IMG/VR virus record: IMGVR_UViG_3300037418_002568
Coordinates: 1 to 64,000 of that record
Origin: a virus
Taxonomy: Duplodnaviria; Caudoviricetes
Length of the DNA: 64,000 nucleotides
Strand: one strand, 5' to 3'
The position numbers and the translations under genes were made by a program. Shown piece by piece: positions 31,562 to 41,456 of the stretch. The notes below the pieces were generated by a model. It had not been told where the DNA came from, ran no database searches, and was given only the letters and a program-made list of their open reading frames with translations. The number at the start of each line of letters is the position of its first letter. Positions within the stretch are counted from its first letter, which is position 1.

Positions 31562-32097
31562 TTCGTCCTTCCCAGCAGTTCGGCTTCGACTTCGAGCAGC
31601 TCAGCGACATCCTCTTGGCTTCTGGGCGTCACAAGGGCGACCTCCACGCGGGTGCGCTGCCTGGGGGTGAGTTTCAGGTCCGCGGGCCATTCCACACCGT
31701 CTCCGAAAGCCCAGTCTTCGAGCATCAGCAGAATTTCACCGAAAGTGAGATGGGCATAGAACAGCTCTTGGGCGTCGTATTCGTGGATGCCCAGCACAAT
31801 CCGTCCCGCCGTCTCCGGCGGAATCACGTTGCACTGATTGAACGCCGAATACCAGCTCTCGCTATAGAGCGGCGAATTTTCAGTGTCGGGGGCCACCACG
31901 TACTCGTCGTCGACTTCGCCGTCCCCATAGACGAGGAACTGAAATCCCGATTTGACGATCGCGTGACCGGCGACGCAATAGGTGGTGCCGCATTCAGTGG
32001 CCTTCGCGTACCGGCCCTGATCGTAGGACTTCGGGTCGGCTTTGATACCGCGAATGACCTCGATCATCAAAGGCCAGTTATCGACTCGCATTGTCAT
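31558..32097 (-). CDS. CGTxxCxAGH-motif protein, paralog 2
   Basis: NWPL...IKADP...ECGTTYCVAGHA. Confidence 0.75.
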   Translation of the reverse strand: MTMRVDNWPLMIEVIRGIKADPKSYDQGRYAKATECGTTYCVAGHAIVKSGFQFLVYGDGEVDDEYVVAPDTENSPLYSESWYSAFNQCNVIPPETAGRIVLGIHEYDAQELFYAHLTFGEILLMLEDWAFGDGVEWPADLKLTPRQRTRVEVALVTPRSQEDVAELLEVEAELLGRTK

Positions 32098-32701
32098 CCT
32101 TTTCCGGATTCAGCAGGGCGGCGACGGCGGTGTCGTCGAGCTCCAGCAATTCCTTCGCCGCCTCGCGCACCGGCGCGAGCGGGTCCGGCAGCAGCAATTC
32201 CGCGTCGATCGCGCGCAGGACACGAACGTCACGGGAGACCTCCACGCACACCTCCACGGCGGCACGGTGCTCGGGGCTCAGCGTCAGGTCCGCCGGCCAG
32301 TCGACGCCGTCCTCGCGGGCCCATACCTCGGCCAGGTACAGGATCTCGGCGAAGGTGTTCCAGGCGAAGAACAGTAGGTTGGCGTCGTCGATGTCTTCGA
32401 TGCCCAGCACGTGCTGTCCGACGTCGAACGGCTGCGCCACGTCCTGGGAGTAGTCGATGTCGTAGGTGGCGATGTCCTGCAACGGGGACCCGGCCGGGAT
32501 CAGCACGGCGTGGCCGTCGAGGAGGCCACTATCTTCGATGGGGAAGGTGTATCCGCTGGCAATGATGGCGTGTCCGGCGATGCAGAACGCGGTCCCGCAT
32601 TCGGGGCGGCCGATCGCGTAGTGAAGCTGGTCCCAGGAGGCGGGATCGGCTTTGATGCCGCGGAGTATCTGGATCAGAAGATCCCAATTCTTAATTCGCA
32701 T
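32078..32701 (-). CDS. CGTxxCxAGH-motif protein, paralog 1
   Basis: NWDL...IKADP...ECGTAFCIAGHA. Confidence 0.75.
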   Translation of the reverse strand: MRIKNWDLLIQILRGIKADPASWDQLHYAIGRPECGTAFCIAGHAIIASGYTFPIEDSGLLDGHAVLIPAGSPLQDIATYDIDYSQDVAQPFDVGQHVLGIEDIDDANLLFFAWNTFAEILYLAEVWAREDGVDWPADLTLSPEHRAAVEVCVEVSRDVRVLRAIDAELLLPDPLAPVREAAKELLELDDTAVAALLNPEKDDNASR

Positions 32702-33757
32702 TACAGAAAATGTCCATTCAGGATTTTTTGAGGTATTCGACTCGCAATGCCGGGCCCCATTGGGCCTGGGCGACTTCGAGGCAGTCTTCGCACACGTACC
32801 GCTGTGTGGTGGTCACGAAGGCGCGCATGATGATCAGCGCGACCGCCTCCGGTGGCTCTTCCTCGTTGTTGGGGTGGCAGCGGCATTCGCAGGGCGGGGT
32901 GTAGTCGAAGTCGAGGTGATCGAGACATTCGACGATGTCGGCGGTGGGTGCGCTCACGGGTCGGTCTCCTTGGGATGGGTTCTTCTCATCGCAGGTGCAG
33001 TCCGTCGGCGGGGCACTGGTGGGCGCGGGCGGCCTCGGCTACGGCGTAGTGGTCGGGGCCGTGTTCGGACCAGTCGCACAGCGCGCAGTGGGCGAAGCGC
33101 CAGCCGGAATGGCTGCCGTCCCAGACCGTTACGTGGGGTTGGGCGAGGTCGAAGCTGGGCCAGCGGTTGTCGCGGGTGACGCGGAAACGGAAGGCGTCGA
33201 TCACCTGTTCGGTGGTCATCTCCAGCTCGGCGGCGCGTTTGACGGCGATATGCCAGGACTTCCACTGATCGTGGGTGACGGCGTCGCCGAGGGCCTGTAA
33301 GACGCCCATGACGTCGGCGAGGGTGCCGGAGGCTTTGTGGCTGCTGCCGCTGTCGGGCAGGGTATCGGGCATTGAGGTTTCCTTCTCGGAGCCCCTGGCC
33401 GGTGTTGGCGCACCGGCCAGGGGTGTGGTGATGGGGTGGAAGCCTATTCGGGCTTCTGGAGGATCTTTTCTTTGGCCTTGTCGATGTAGATCAGCTGGGT
33501 CTCCAGGCCGTCCAGCCACAGGTTGACGGCTTGGCCGGCGGGGCTGGTGCGCCACGATTCGGGCTTGGCCTTGTACTTGGTGTAGCCGTCTTCGATGAAC
33601 TCGGACAGCGCGGTCCGGGCGGCGGACAGGTGCTCGTCGATGTCGCAGAATGTGTCATCGGGCATTGCGAATTGGGCCACGGGGTCCCTTTCTGTGTTCC
33701 TTCTCGGGCTGCCACAGCCGGGAGTTGGCGCTCCCTGGTGTGGCTTCAACGACACCA

Positions 33758-33786
33758 ATATTACATACCACCACAAGGTTTTACAA
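33758..33786 (-). promoter_or_regulatory. SigA-type promoter TTGTAA-N17-TAATAT
   Basis: same consensus as 24963-24991. Confidence 0.7.
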
Positions 33787-33833
33787 CCCCTCCGACCAGG
33801 GCGTTTTGCCTGGTAGGAGGGTCGAAGGGCACC

Positions 33834-34187
33834 CTATGTAACTCGGGTCACGCCGCCGATGTCGTCGAACAATACCCGCCCGTGAAGACCGGTATTGACC
33901 GGGGTTGTCTCCGGGCGTGCTCGGCGGATCGTCGACACGAGCCAGCCCTCCTGTAGCGCCCACACCCGGTTGCGTTCGATGTGGTCGTGGCAGGCCCGGC
34001 ACAACGCGACCAGATTCGACGGCAGGTTGATCCGCGGATCAGAGGTGCCACCCATGCCGCGCGGTTTGCGGTGGTGCACGTCCTGGGCCCAGTCGTCGTT
34101 GCATCGCTCGCACCGGCCGCCGCAGCGCACCGCGATCACCATGCGGGTGGAGAAGTCGGGGCCGGTGTCGCGTCTACCGGTCGTCAT
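33834..34187 (-). CDS. HNH endonuclease
   Basis: CERC...HHRKPRGMGG...NLVALCRACHDHI. Confidence 0.9.
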   Translation of the reverse strand: MTTGRRDTGPDFSTRMVIAVRCGGRCERCNDDWAQDVHHRKPRGMGGTSDPRINLPSNLVALCRACHDHIERNRVWALQEGWLVSTIRRARPETTPVNTGLHGRVLFDDIGGVTRVT

Positions 34188-34328
34188 GGTCGACACTCCG
34201 CGCCAGGCAGGGGATCGCCGACGGCTCGCCGGTGATCGGGTTGATGCACCAGCGGCGCGGGGCGGCGCCGCAGGTGGGGCAGCGGCGGTCGATGCAGTCG
34301 GCGTAGGCCGCCGGCACCGGACGAGCCA

Positions 34329-35048
34329 TCACAGCCGTTCTCCTTCGTGGGCGTGGCGGGCGGCGTGCCAGTCCACGACGTCACCGAGCCGGTACAGCAC
34401 CCGACCGCCGGCCTTGATCGACGGGACACGGCCACGCTCACCGGCTTTCACCAGAGCGGCCTTGGAGATGGGGGTGCCGCCGAACCACGGCAGCAGCCGG
34501 GTCAGCTCGTCGGCGGTGCCGAACCGGTAGCGGGCTTGTTCCAGCATTTGCGCGCGCCGATCGGCCACCAGCAGCTCGACTCCGCACGCGCATTGCGCCC
34601 TCGACGCTTCCGGCGCCGCGTACACCGGTTGCCCGCACTCGCACAGCCCCAGATACACGCGGTCCGGTGGCCGGTCGACGGCGGCGAACCCGTTGGCGAC
34701 AGCGTTCACCAGGGCGTGTTCGAACCCTTCCAGCCCGGGATGATCGCCTGGGATCGACGGTAGGCAGGCGCGTAGCCACCGGGCCTGCTCGGCGGCGTCT
34801 TCGCGGCCGCGCCCGACGCGCAGCCGGGCGCAGAACACGCGCAACACGACCTCGATGTGGTCGGCGGCGATGGAGGCGGCCATGTGGAAGGGGAGCCGGT
34901 CTTCGGCGCGCACCCCGCGCACCGGGGCGCCGGGGGCGAAGCGGTGCCGGCGGGTCAGGGTGGTTTCCAGGTCGTCGAGCAGGCCGGGCACCCCGCCGAG
35001 CATCGTCATGACCACTTCGCGGGCGGAGTCGTCCAGGAACACGGTCAC
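34329..35048 (-). CDS. Zn-ribbon/HTH DNA-binding protein (putative late regulator)
   Basis: VDRPP...GLCECG...CACG and C-terminal LYRLGDV HTH. Confidence 0.65.
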   Translation of the reverse strand: MTVFLDDSAREVVMTMLGGVPGLLDDLETTLTRRHRFAPGAPVRGVRAEDRLPFHMAASIAADHIEVVLRVFCARLRVGRGREDAAEQARWLRACLPSIPGDHPGLEGFEHALVNAVANGFAAVDRPPDRVYLGLCECGQPVYAAPEASRAQCACGVELLVADRRAQMLEQARYRFGTADELTRLLPWFGGTPISKAALVKAGERGRVPSIKAGGRVLYRLGDVVDWHAARHAHEGERL

Positions 35049-35656
35049 GGGGTGCCTGCCCGGCCGTGGGCTGAGGCCACCAACTCCAGGTCGCTGTCGG
35101 CGATGATGCCGCGCAGGGTGCGGGTGGTGGTCACCGCCGCCGGCTCCCGCACTCCGCGCACGCTCATGCATTGGTGGGTGGCGGTCAGATACACCGCCGC
35201 CCACAACGGGTTGAGCCGGCCCATCACCGCGTCGGCGACCTGGGTGCCGATACGTTCCTGCACCTGCAGCCGCGCGGCGTAGCCGTGCACGACGCGCGCC
35301 AGTTTCGACAGCCCCACGATCGGGGCGCCCGGCGCGGGCTGGTAGGCGACGGTCGCCCACCCGGTGAACGGCAGCAGGTGATGCGCGCACGTGGACACGA
35401 GCTGGATGCCGGACACGACGACGGGCCCGGCGTCATGCGGTGCGGGGAAGGTGCGCTCGAGGTGGGTGCCGGGGTCCTCTGTGTAACCGGCCAGCATGGT
35501 TTCCCAGGCGCGGGCGACCCGGGCCGGGGTGTCGGCGGTGTGCGGGTCGGTGGCCAGACCGAAGGCGGCCAGCAGGTCGGCGACGGCGGCCGCGGCCGCG
35601 GATCGGGCGACTACGCCGGGCAGTTCGGTCACCGCGGCCAGATCACGCGGGCTCAT
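35045..35656 (-). CDS. folE: GTP cyclohydrolase I
   Basis: DTPARVA, CAHHLLPF, GLSKLAR, RLQVQER, HQCM..RG. Confidence 0.95.
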   Translation of the reverse strand: MSPRDLAAVTELPGVVARSAAAAAVADLLAAFGLATDPHTADTPARVARAWETMLAGYTEDPGTHLERTFPAPHDAGPVVVSGIQLVSTCAHHLLPFTGWATVAYQPAPGAPIVGLSKLARVVHGYAARLQVQERIGTQVADAVMGRLNPLWAAVYLTATHQCMSVRGVREPAAVTTTRTLRGIIADSDLELVASAHGRAGTP

Positions 35657-35658
35657 GG

Positions 35659-36381
35659 TCAGACTCCTCTGCGATCACCCCACGCGAGCACGTGCAGGCG
35701 ATGGGTGGCGTTGATACATAGGTCGGCGGCGCGGCGCGCGATGGCGGGCCAGCGGGCCTGGAGCTCGTCGACGGTGCGGCCTTGGGGCATCACCCAGATG
35801 CGGTCGCGGGGCCAGTCGACGAGCTCGGCGTAGGTGTAGGCAGCGTCTACGTCGGCCTCGGTCTCGACGACGAACTTGAGCACCGTGGCGGCGGCGAGAG
35901 CGGATTCGGAATGGACCAGGTCCACCCATGCCGGATGTAGCGTCGGGTCCTGGTGGCGGCGGTGCTGGCCCGCGTTGGCCAGCTTGGGGGAGATGGTGGC
36001 CGCGTTCAGGTAGGCGCGGGTCACCTGATTGGGTGGCAGCGTCCCGTTGGTCTCCAGCTGGATCGGGCAGTTCTTGCGCCGGGAGATGCCGTGCAGCAGC
36101 AGCTCCCACGCGGGCCGACGTTGATGCATCAGCGGTTCGCCGCCGGTGAGCACGGTCAGCAGGTTGGGCCGCACCATCGACAGCGCCACATCGACGCGGA
36201 CCCGCGGGTTCTCCTGTTCCAGGTCGTAGTGTTCGTCGTCCCACGTGTAGGGGGTGTCGCACCACGAGCACGACAGGTTGCAGCCACCCAGGCGCACGAA
36301 CTGCGCCGCCCGCCCCGCCAGCGGGCCTTCGCCTTGGATGGTGGGCCCGAACACCTCCGAGACGGGCAGCAGGTCGCTCAC
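35659..36381 (-). CDS. queE: 7-carboxy-7-deazaguanine synthase (radical SAM)
   Basis: TIQGEG, CNLSCSWCDT, TGGEP, ETNG, SPK. Confidence 0.93.
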   Translation of the reverse strand: MSDLLPVSEVFGPTIQGEGPLAGRAAQFVRLGGCNLSCSWCDTPYTWDDEHYDLEQENPRVRVDVALSMVRPNLLTVLTGGEPLMHQRRPAWELLLHGISRRKNCPIQLETNGTLPPNQVTRAYLNAATISPKLANAGQHRRHQDPTLHPAWVDLVHSESALAAATVLKFVVETEADVDAAYTYAELVDWPRDRIWVMPQGRTVDELQARWPAIARRAADLCINATHRLHVLAWGDRRGV

Positions 36382-36809
36382 GACGGCCACCCGGCGTCGG
36401 CCCGCCAGGTGGCGGTGTTGGAGAACCCTTCGGCCAGCTCCAGTTCCACCAGGTCCAGTTCGGGCAGCAACTCGGAGGTCTTGGCGGCGAAATACCCGGC
36501 CAGGGCTTCGGTGGTGGGCCAGGTCGGCAACACCAGCACCTTGAGGCCCATATCCCGGAACATGGTGCCCAGTTCGTCGTCGGGGCCGCAGGCGAAGCCG
36601 TGGTCGAAGTGGGTGTCGATCCAGCCGCGCACTGTCTTCTTGATCGCCCCGAACTCGACCTGTTCCAGGTCGAGGCCCGCGGTGGCGAACGTCCACCGGA
36701 TGCGCCACGAGTGGCCGTGGACGTTGCGGCATTTGGCGCCGGCGCCGCCGAGGATGGGGATGCGGTGGGCGGCTTCGGCGTGATGGTTGACGGTGATGTC
36801 AATGCTCAT
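36378..36809 (-). CDS. queD: 6-carboxytetrahydropterin synthase
   Basis: AAHR...C.NVHGHS...FDH...PTTE. Confidence 0.93.
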   Translation of the reverse strand: MSIDITVNHHAEAAHRIPILGGAGAKCRNVHGHSWRIRWTFATAGLDLEQVEFGAIKKTVRGWIDTHFDHGFACGPDDELGTMFRDMGLKVLVLPTWPTTEALAGYFAAKTSELLPELDLVELELAEGFSNTATWRADAGWPS

Positions 36810-37492
36810 CGCACGGCCTGCTTCCAGAATTCGGGGTCGCGGTAGTGGGTGGGGTCGGCCACCCCGGCCAGGTGGAAGGCCTCGCGGCGTTCGACGCAGG
36901 TCCCGCACCGGCCGCAGTGGCCGTCGGGGTTGCCCTCGTAGCACGACCAGGTCAGCGACAGCGGTGCGCCGAGCTCGTCGCCGATCGCGGCGATGTCGGT
37001 TTTGCTCTTCTGCACGAACGGGGCCTGAATGGCGACCCCGCACCCGAGCAGGGCGGTTTGGTTGGCGGCGGTGATGAACTCGGGGCGGCAGTCGGGGTAG
37101 ATGGCGTGATCGCCGGCGTGCACGGCGGTCAGCACGTCGGTGTAGCCGTGGGAGGCGGCCACCCCGGCGGCGGCCATGAGCAGGGTGGCGTTGCGGTTGG
37201 GTACGACGGTGGCGGCCATGTTGTCGGCGGCGTAGTGGCCGTGCGGGACCTCGCCGTGCCCGGTGAGCGCGGAGGTGACCGACGCCCCGAAATTCTTTAA
37301 ATCCAGTGTGTGCAAAGGGCTTTCGTAGTAGCGGGCGACATCGACGGCGGAGTTCATTTCCACGCGGTGGCGTTGGCCGTAGTTGATGAAGATCCCGGCC
37401 GGGTCGACCGCGCCCATCTTGGCGATGGCGTAGCCGAACAGGGTGGTGGAGTCCATGCCACCGGAGAGCAGGATCAGGGGGCGAAAACTCAT
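36806..37492 (-). CDS. queC: 7-cyano-7-deazaguanine synthase
   Basis: SGGMDS, YGQRH, VPNRN, YPDCRPEF, SCY, CGRCGTC. Confidence 0.95.
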   Translation of the reverse strand: MSFRPLILLSGGMDSTTLFGYAIAKMGAVDPAGIFINYGQRHRVEMNSAVDVARYYESPLHTLDLKNFGASVTSALTGHGEVPHGHYAADNMAATVVPNRNATLLMAAAGVAASHGYTDVLTAVHAGDHAIYPDCRPEFITAANQTALLGCGVAIQAPFVQKSKTDIAAIGDELGAPLSLTWSCYEGNPDGHCGRCGTCVERREAFHLAGVADPTHYRDPEFWKQAVR

Positions 37493-38430
37493 CGGGAGTC
37501 CTCCGTTTCGCCGACGCGGGCCACAGCGATCAGGGAGCCGGGGTCGGTGTCGGCCAGATGTAGGTGCGGGCCGTCGAGGTCCGCGAGGATTTCCAGGTGC
37601 GGGGCGTAGCCCTCCACGAGATGCAGATGCGGGCCGGCACCGGCCAGCCCACCCCACTTCGGTGCCGACACCACACCGAGCCGGCGGCGCATCAGCTGCT
37701 CGTTGACCGACGCTGAGAGCGCCGAGACCCGCACGATCAGCGGCCGGTTCGACGGCACCGACCGGCACACCTGCGACGGGGCGACCCCGTAATGCCGGGA
37801 CAGTAGTTTCGCGATGTCGGGGCGGTAGGCGGCGCGGCCGTCGAGGGGGAACTCCACCGCCTCACCGGTGCGCGGGTCGCGGATGCGTAGGCGCCCGTAC
37901 CGGTAGGCCGCGCCCCACCCGGAGGAGTCCACCGAGTAGAACGGCACCCGCAGCAGCTCCGGAGACGACACACCCCACCCGTGGAACCGCATGTCGGGCC
38001 AGTGGCGGGCCTGGTACTGGAACACCGCGATCAGCCAGCGCATCAGCTTGGCCTTCTGCCCCTTGTGTCCGACCATGCCGCCCAAGCCCATGAAGTCCAC
38101 GCCGCGGGTGGCGTAGTAGTCCATCAGCTTCGGGTCGGCGCCGAAGTGGATGGTGGGCACCGCGGGCAGGCCGTGGTTGTCGACGATGTCGTGCCAGTTG
38201 CGGCGCGTGGCGACGGGGTCGCCGATGACGTCGAGGGAGGCCACCCACGCCAGCCGGTGCGCCCACCGCTTGGCCCACCCGGCCAGATCGGCGGTGGTGA
38301 TGGTCGCGCCCTGTGAGGCGGCGGAGAAGGCGCCGGAGTCACCGATCAGACGCAGCCCGGCCAGCCGGTCGAGGTCGTAGCTCTTGTAGTAGTGAAACGA
38401 CACCAGCGCGTTGCGCGGCGCCGGGATCAC
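37489..38430 (-). CDS. dpdA: DpdA-like DNA transglycosylase (TGT fold)
   Basis: DSGAFS, LDVIGD, GLGG, HGWG, SVDSS motifs; directly upstream of queC. Confidence 0.8.
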   Translation of the reverse strand: MIPAPRNALVSFHYYKSYDLDRLAGLRLIGDSGAFSAASQGATITTADLAGWAKRWAHRLAWVASLDVIGDPVATRRNWHDIVDNHGLPAVPTIHFGADPKLMDYYATRGVDFMGLGGMVGHKGQKAKLMRWLIAVFQYQARHWPDMRFHGWGVSSPELLRVPFYSVDSSGWGAAYRYGRLRIRDPRTGEAVEFPLDGRAAYRPDIAKLLSRHYGVAPSQVCRSVPSNRPLIVRVSALSASVNEQLMRRRLGVVSAPKWGGLAGAGPHLHLVEGYAPHLEILADLDGPHLHLADTDPGSLIAVARVGETEDSR

Positions 38431-39074
38431 GCAGCGACCTCGTCATCGAGCAGCCGTAGCAGCGCGTCGTTGTCGGTGGCGAAGTTCTTGCGGTGGGCGT
38501 CCCACAGCCGGCGGGTGTGGGGGTCGATCTTGCGCAGCGACAGGTTGTTGGCGGTGTCGTCGGCGCCGGGTTCGCCGAACTCGTCGGCCAGCTCGTCGAG
38601 GGTCGGGGCGCCGGAGACGATGTCGTCGAGGGCTTCCAGATCCAGTTCGGTGTAGCCGGTACCGTCCAGGTCGGGCAGCGAGCGCAGCAGCTCCAACAGT
38701 TGGGCGTCGTCGTAGCCGCCCAATTCGGCGGTGCGGTTGTCGACGGCGACGATGCGCGCGGCCTGGTCGTCGTCCACGTCGACCTCGTGGACGGCGATTT
38801 CGGTCCAGTATTCCTCGCCGGGTTCGTATCGGCGGGCCTCGGCCAAATGCGCCCAACGTTCATCGTCAGGACTGGATTCGGCGAGTTCCCGGAACGCCAT
38901 CAGCAGGTGGTTACCGGCGAGAACTTCATTCTTTCGGCCGGTCAGGGTGCCTTTGTTGATGACGATCGGCCGGTATTGGCCGTGGACGATCAGCGATTCG
39001 CACAGACGAGACACATCGCCGCGGCGCGGATTACGGTGGTACGTCGCCAGATCATGAATGGGCTTGCTCGTCAC
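38427..39074 (-). CDS. ParB/Srx-like N-terminal domain protein
   Basis: NPRRGDV, GQYRPIV, VLAGNH, DNRTAELGGYD. Confidence 0.85.
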   Translation of the reverse strand: MTSKPIHDLATYHRNPRRGDVSRLCESLIVHGQYRPIVINKGTLTGRKNEVLAGNHLLMAFRELAESSPDDERWAHLAEARRYEPGEEYWTEIAVHEVDVDDDQAARIVAVDNRTAELGGYDDAQLLELLRSLPDLDGTGYTELDLEALDDIVSGAPTLDELADEFGEPGADDTANNLSLRKIDPHTRRLWDAHRKNFATDNDALLRLLDDEVAA

Positions 39075-39199
39075 ACCGGCAAACGATGCCGTGGTCGCGA
39101 CGGCGAGCGCGGGAAAGTTACCAACGGAAATGACAACCGTGAAATTCGCTTGTGCGTGTCGCGTGGAGAATCCAGCCGAACGTATATACGGTCACTGCC

Positions 39200-39436
39200 A
39201 TGGCTAAGAAGAGTCAACGCAGACGCATGGAGGGTCTGTCGGCTCTCTACGTCCACATCAACTCCGAATTGAAGTCCGAACTGGCAGCGGCCGCCGACGA
39301 CCTGGACACGACGCAGAAGATCCTGATCGAGGAAGCGATCAGCCTGCTGCTGGCCCAGGTCGAGCCCGAACGCCAGGCCGCACGCGAGGCACAACTCAGC
39401 CTGGATGGGGAGGTGCCGCTCGCGGAGGCGAGCTAG
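39200..39436 (+). CDS. ribbon-helix-helix DNA-binding protein
   Basis: LYVHINSELKSELAAAADDLDTTQKILIEEAI; upstream of rep. Confidence 0.65.
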   Translation: MAKKSQRRRMEGLSALYVHINSELKSELAAAADDLDTTQKILIEEAISLLLAQVEPERQAAREAQLSLDGEVPLAEAS

Positions 39437-39865
39437 AAAACACACCGGCCCCCCCGGATCAGTTCCCTGGCAAGGATTCCGAGAGGGCCGAACGAATTCA
39501 CTCGTGTGTGTGAATATCCGCGCCGCGAGGAGCGCCTACGGACAGGTCCAACTCTATCAGACCTGTCCGTGGCGCCGGTGTAGCTCGACACCCGGCGTTT
39601 TTTCATGCCCAGAACAAGGAGGTGGTGGTTGAGACCGACGAGTCGGGGCGGGTGATAAGTCATCCGACCACACAACAGAACAAAGAACGGCCCCCTGACA
39701 GAAGTTGTTGGTAGCAACTCCCACCAGAGGGCCAACGTCAAAGGACCAGCTCAGCGGCTAACTGATAGGTCCGATGATAGCGCACGTCCAATTGGACGTG
39801 AACACACCCACGCCCGGAGTGTCGGAATCGGCGCGCGAGGTGGTGTCGGCCAGCTCGATCTGGGT

Positions 39866-40936
39866 GTGGTCGACCCGTTGGGCCTCGACGTGCCCGCGGC
39901 CGCCTACGACGGGATCACCCGCCGATGGCGATCACCGCGATGGTGGCGTGCCCACGCCCTGGCGGTCTACGACGCCCACTACGCGCGCCTGCGCGCCGAG
40001 GGCGCGGTGCCGTCGGTGTCGCGGGCCCGGTGGATCGACTACCTCGAGGCCGAGTCTCGTCATGCCGACAAACTGTCCGGGCGCGACTGCCGCCCGACGG
40101 TGGCCGCGCTGATGGCGATCATGGACACCGGGGAGATGACGGTGCACCGGTGCCGCCGGCTGGCCAAGGAGTTTGGGATCCGCACCGAGGTGGTCACCGG
40201 CCGTCACCGCACCAAGGCCGAGCGGCTGGACTCCTGGCGCCGGGGCGATCGCGGCCGCGGGTGGGCGTCAGTGGCGGCGCTGCACGAATCGCATCTGCCT
40301 GTGGATAACTCGGAGGTGAAAACCCGGTACGAACAGGGATTTGTTACCCCACTGCCACATAGTGGCGGTTCTCGACCCGAGGCACCGGCGCAGCCGGGGC
40401 CGAGCCCGGCACAACCCGTGAGAGGTCGAGCCTTCGAACCCGAAGCGATGCAGCTGGCCAACTCGGTGCGCCGTGACGCTCGCTTCCCCTCGTGGGTGCG
40501 TTCCATGCCCAGAGCACGGCTGGCGGCGGTGTTGACGCGCTATGCCTTGGCGGGGTGGCGGACCACCGACGTGTTCACGGCGATGGGTCTGGCGGGGGTG
40601 TCGATTCTGGAGCGGCCGGTGAATCCGGCCGGGTATCTGGCGTTCTTGCTGCGCCGGTGTCCGATCGCGCCGCCGCCGGGCATGGTGGAGCGGGCGGCGG
40701 TGGTGGCCAAGGTCGAGGCGGAGCGGGCGGCCACGGCCCGGTATCTGGCGCAGTTGCGGGCCAAGACGGTGGCCGGGCCGGACTCGCCGGGACGCGCGGC
40801 CGCCATGGCGATAGCTGGACGTGTGCTGGCGGGGGAGCGGCGGCGCGCCAGCGTACGACTGTCGACCGAGGAGTTAGCTCGGCGTGCGCGGGTCGCCAGA
40901 GGCGGGGATAGGGCAACCCGGTGCCCTAGCGATTAG
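39866..40936 (+). CDS. repA: plasmid-type replication initiator (mycobacterial pLR7/pJAZ38-like RepA)
   Basis: HAD..SGRDCRPTVA.L, TVHRCR, GRHRT..ERL.SW..GDRGRGWASV.ALH motifs. Confidence 0.8.
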   Translation: MVDPLGLDVPAAAYDGITRRWRSPRWWRAHALAVYDAHYARLRAEGAVPSVSRARWIDYLEAESRHADKLSGRDCRPTVAALMAIMDTGEMTVHRCRRLAKEFGIRTEVVTGRHRTKAERLDSWRRGDRGRGWASVAALHESHLPVDNSEVKTRYEQGFVTPLPHSGGSRPEAPAQPGPSPAQPVRGRAFEPEAMQLANSVRRDARFPSWVRSMPRARLAAVLTRYALAGWRTTDVFTAMGLAGVSILERPVNPAGYLAFLLRRCPIAPPPGMVERAAVVAKVEAERAATARYLAQLRAKTVAGPDSPGRAAAMAIAGRVLAGERRRASVRLSTEELARRARVARGGDRATRCPSD

Positions 40937-41456
40937 TATTGCCGACCGATATTAAGCCGCTACACTTCACATCACACACACAGGAATTACCTAACGGTCG
41001 GAGTTCTTGCATGGGAACCATTAGATGGGTGGATGATTTCGGCCCGGTCCGCCTCGGTGTCCTACCTTCTCGAAACGGACATCAACCTATCCGGCTACGG
41101 GACACGGTGACCGGACAGACCATTGACCTGCATGGATGCGAGCGGGATCTGCTATTGGCGGCGTTCTGTGATACGCCCGTGATAGACGCTCGCCAGTTCT
41201 TTGCTGTGGGTCGCGAGATTGTGCAACGCGGGTGTGTATGCAAGAAAGACGGGTGCCCGGCGGAGCAGCGCGGGTTTGCTGGAGTAGCTATTTCGTAGGT
41301 TAGTCTGAACTAATATTCGCCATTGTGACATCTGGTTCGTCGGCCGCCCGGTAGGTAGTTACCGGGCGGCCGACACGGTATCAACCGGGGTTGACAGCAC
41401 AGCAGCGAACCAGCAGTATGCGGTTATCAGCGTCCTGACCTCCCAAGGAGCCGGAT

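Noticed and set aside
35045-37492. tRNA queuosine biosynthesis operon
   Set aside because: No queF or queA; the transglycosylase is DpdA-like and paired with a ParB-like gene, pointing to DNA modification
38427-39074. Plasmid partition ParB
   Set aside because: Only the ParB/Srx N-terminal domain, no HTH or parA, and coupled to dpdA as in phage modification operons
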